Source of the DNA: Catajapyx aquilonaris
Lineage: Eukaryota
Reading direction: 5' to 3'
DNA length: 52,925 nt
NCBI GenBank assembly: GCA_000934665.2
Contig: KZ538149.1
Location: 62,001 to 114,925 of the forward strand
The notes below the pieces were generated by a model. The model did not search any database. It was given only the letters and a program-made list of their open reading frames with translations, and was not told the DNA's origin. The position numbers were made by a program, and so were the translations under genes. The first letter of the stretch is position 1. The number at the start of each line of letters is the position of its first letter. This document shows positions 49,635 through 52,925 of this stretch, one piece after another.

Positions 49635-50196
49635 CAGGGTGTTTATTGTAACTCTGCAAAGACTTTCGGGGGTAATAGAGGGGACCAAGATCAGTATTTT
49701 TGACATAGGAACCCGTGTCCGGAAACGCCATCTAGAGGGGGTTCATAGACAAGGAACGGGTGCGCTCAGACGCGTCAGGCGAGAGGCGCTAGGAGAGCGG
49801 ACTGTTTTGTTGATAGATGACACACAGTTGTTGCCAGGTTATGGCGTATCGCGTCGTTGTAAGCAAACAACGCATCGATACACCATAACCTGGCAACAAC
49901 AGAACCGCTGTTGACTATCCGCGCGTCTCCTAGGAGGCGGACTTTAGTTGCTAGATGGCTCTGCTGTTGCCAGGTTATGACACATCGCATTTGTGTTTAC
50001 TATCCGAGCGCCATCTATCAACAAAACAGTCCGCTCGCCTAGCGCCTCTCGCGTGACGCGTCTGAGCGCACCCGTTCCTTGTCTATGAACCCCCTCTAGA
50101 TGGCGTTTCCGGACACGGGTTCCTATGTCAAAAATACTTGTCTTGGTTCCCTTTATTACCCCTGAAAGTCTTTGCAGAGTTACAATAAACACCCTG
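49635..50196. mobile_element. Tc1/mariner-type foldback MITE, 562 bp, ~185-bp arms
   Basis: TA|CAGGGTGTTTATTGTAACTCTGCAAAGACTTTC ... GAAAGTCTTTGCAGAGTTACAATAAACACCCTG|TA; inner hairpin GTTGCCAGGTTATGG / CCATAACCTGGCAAC. Confidence 0.92.
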
Positions 50197-50221
50197 TATA
50201 CACGTTTTGATCGCCCTAGAG

Positions 50222-50444
50222 CAGTGGTTTCCAACCTTTTACCAACTGCGACCCCCTAAACATGTTTCCATAAATGTGCGACCCCTCCNNCCCCCCCCCC
50301 CCTGGGCCCCTTCTACAACTGACCCATTTCCAGAAAACATACACTCTGTACGGCCGCAAAAATGGTTCAATTTACACAGAAATTGCAAAAAAATGGTGAA
50401 CCTAGGCTCGCGACCCCCCGCGACCCCCAGGTTGGGAACCACTG
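50222..50444. mobile_element. hAT (Charlie/Buster-type) MITE, 223 bp
   Basis: 8-bp TSD CCCTAGAG (50214-50221, 50445-50452) with central TA; TIRs CAGTGGTTTCCAACCT / AGGTTGGGAACCACTG. Confidence 0.9.
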
Positions 50445-51733
50445 CCCTAGAGCGAACGTATCTTGATGGTACCAGTGTTTTGCTCCAATTCCCTGAAAAA
50501 CTCAACAGCTTTGTGGCATTAATTTTGATGTTGACCATTTGTAATATTTTAAAGTCCGTCTAACTCTCCTTGTGAATATTTGAAAATATCATTAATCTTG
50601 TGGCCTGGATGATACCACCATGTTTTCTACTACATATAATTATCCTCTCTTCTTGGCTATTATTTTTTTGGATTTAGGCTATAAGTACTATGTATTTTTG
50701 GTGAGAGATTAATGTTTTTAAAAATGCATCCCCAAATCCCTTGCCACTTCCTTACTGTACTACCTTATATTCGTGCGATAAACAACGATTCCAGGGGTAC
50801 AAAATATGTCAAAAAGCAAAATAATGGGTACGTTTAAAAATAAGTTAATAAAAGTTAAGGTGGCATGGTAGTGTTCTACCTCTGTGGTCCTGCTTCCTAC
50901 GTATATTCCCTTTGCGTTGTGGATAAAAAATAATGCTTTTCTTGTGCGGGAAGAGCTATTTGAGAGGTTCTCTTAGTATTAGCCGTGGGTTTTTACAGGG
51001 GTTTTCACTCTCTTCCTCAGCTCCATGTCACTTCCCCCCTAGTTGTATGGATACGGTAGTTTAACGCCTGTGTCTCTGCCAGGCTGGGAATTTGGCGCTG
51101 GCGGCGCTACATTGTTCGCTATCAGCCTTCTTTTTCAAGGTGCACTCTAGTGGTAAGTCTGCGGAAGAAAGATCGAGCCAATCGCGGCGGACTACCCGCT
51201 ACCTACCACAGGAGGTGCACCTTGAACAAGATGGCGTCTTAGCGAACGATGGGACACAGTTATTACACTACCGTAATTCGAGGAGTGTCATAAGGCTGCT
51301 CTTTCCTTCTGTCCTCTCGCTGACCCCCAGCTTATTATGATAGGCCCTACCTACAGACATCTCTCCCTTCCTTGCGTTAGGCCCGCCGCAAATGGGGAAA
51401 TTGGGAGCAACTTATTGCTTGCCCACCCACCCAGAACGGCACAGCGTATGCGCTTTCCTCGGCCAATGTGCGCCGTGCGCGTGCAGATTTCTTGTGGCCA
51501 AGAAATGGAGCCGAGCCGATCTGGTCGTGCTGGCACGGGCTGCATTGGGCCGCGACACTTGTACCCTCTAGCGGGAAACATGAATAATTATACTTGGACT
51601 CGCTTTGCGAGGCGGGGGGGCTCCGCCCCCCCACACCCCCCCTTGGGGCTGCGCCCCAATTGGCGCGCCTTCGGCGCTACGCGTTCCCGCCCGGGCCTAC
51701 CCACTTACCCAGCATCGCTAGAGAGCGGGAAAT

Positions 51734-52025
51734 AATAACCTGGAGTTCGTCGTCAACGGACTGACCTGTGAAGCATGACAAATACCAGGTCCATCACTAC
51801 AGGGCGGGCAACAATAACCTGGAGTTTGTCGTCAACGGACTGACCAGTGAAGCATGACTAATACCAGGTCCATCACTACAGGGCGGGCAACAATAACCTG
51901 GAGTTCGTCGTCAACGGAGTGACCAGAGGGGCATGACAAATACCAGGATCACCACTACAGGGCTGGCAACAATAACGTGGACTATATCATCAACGGAGTC
52001 ACCAATGTAGCATGACAAATACCAC
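51734..52025. repeat. Minisatellite, 79-bp unit, about 3.7 copies
   Basis: Units start at 51734, 51813, 51892 and 51971 (AATAACCTGGAGTTCGTCGTCAACGGACTGACC...CAGGGCGGGCAAC), diverging toward the 3' end. Confidence 0.92.
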
Positions 52026-52925
52026 ACCTGCAACAATCAACCAACCTACCAACCAGCCAATCAACCAACAACAATGAGCGCGCCCCACAAACAACAGTGC
52101 AAGTGCAGCCGGCCGCCACACACTTCCTCCGACACTCCGCAAAAATTGGTCGGAGCCAGGTGGCAATGTGGCATCTATGTTCACAGGACACCCGTGACCG
52201 TTATTTCAAAAACGGCTGGGATATTTGCGATTATGAGGATCCCGTAGGATCCAGACACAGTCCTCTTGCGTCCTATTGGTCCAGCCACACCAGATAGTAT
52301 AATTACGATGAACCAGGCAGCAGGAGTGCACACACACATGGCGTAGTGTAAAACCTAGGATTGGAATTAACACGATCCAGTACCTGCTAGCTGATTGATC
52401 AGATTTTTTGAATGTCTGGCAGTCATTGGCGGACTGTGCGCATGTGCAGTGATGGGGGAAACGGTAATGTAGGCGGAAGAGTTTGGCGGGAAGGTGTGAG
52501 GCTCCAGATTGGCGGAGCCGTACGTACCGGTGGGAGCAGGAAGCAACGTGACGCAACATTGCTGACGCAATTCTCAACGGAAATTGCAGAATGCGGGAGG
52601 GGGGAGGTGCGTAGCGAGAGGGGATTGCAGAGGGTGGGGTTGGCGGGGGTGTGAGGGGGGGAAAGGTGAAGGGGGAGGTGTGAGCCTCCTGATTGGGCGA
52701 GGGTGATCTGGGGGATATGACGTAGTGGCAGATTAGTGGACGAGGGGTGCAAGTGTTGGGGGCAGTGGGGGAGGCAAGAGGGTGGGGGGAGGCGACCGTT
52801 AGGGAAGTTGGGGAATACATTAATTTCGCGATCTCGGGTTTGCGTCTACATTTAATTTGGCGATCTCGAAAACGGCTGGGAAATTCGCGGTTTTGAGGAT
52901 TTTTGGACATTGTAAATCGGGTGCA

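Noticed and set aside
51734..52025. CRISPR-like array
   Set aside because: The whole 79-bp unit repeats with no unique spacers, there are no cas genes, and the context is eukaryotic.
52206..52910. 234-aa Pro/Ser-rich ORF
   Set aside because: A by-product of C-rich low-complexity repeat sequence; no recognisable domain.

Overview
This is eukaryotic, probably invertebrate animal DNA from a draft assembly (292-N gap at 48167-48458). One SINE body resembles polyneopteran-insect SINEs, which is only a hint at the taxon. I found no intact host gene: the window reads as a large intron or intergenic region filled with transposons. Protein remnants are a P-element/THAP9-type transposase C-terminus inside a 2.2-kb foldback P element with an 8-bp TSD, a decayed full-length mariner, a deleted Ty3/Gypsy element (PBS, RNase H, integrase) and probable RTE LINE ends. 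Non-autonomous elements with readable TIRs/TSDs include Tc1/mariner-type (TA), Kolobok-like (TTAA), Academ-like (TAG..CTA, 3-bp TSD), hAT and P (8-bp TSD), Harbinger-like MITEs, a solo LTR and four tRNA-SINEs with 13-15 bp TSDs. The most notable observations are: (i) the Galileo-like P foldback with ~830-bp, near-identical arms built from the transposase 3' end; (ii) a four-way nested foldback at 33.1-36.6 kb; (iii) SINEs that swap heads and 3' tails; (iv) a strong excess of TAGGCCTA, one copy of which is an 8-bp indel between two arms of a repeat, suggesting excision scars. All assignments were made by eye, with no database searches.
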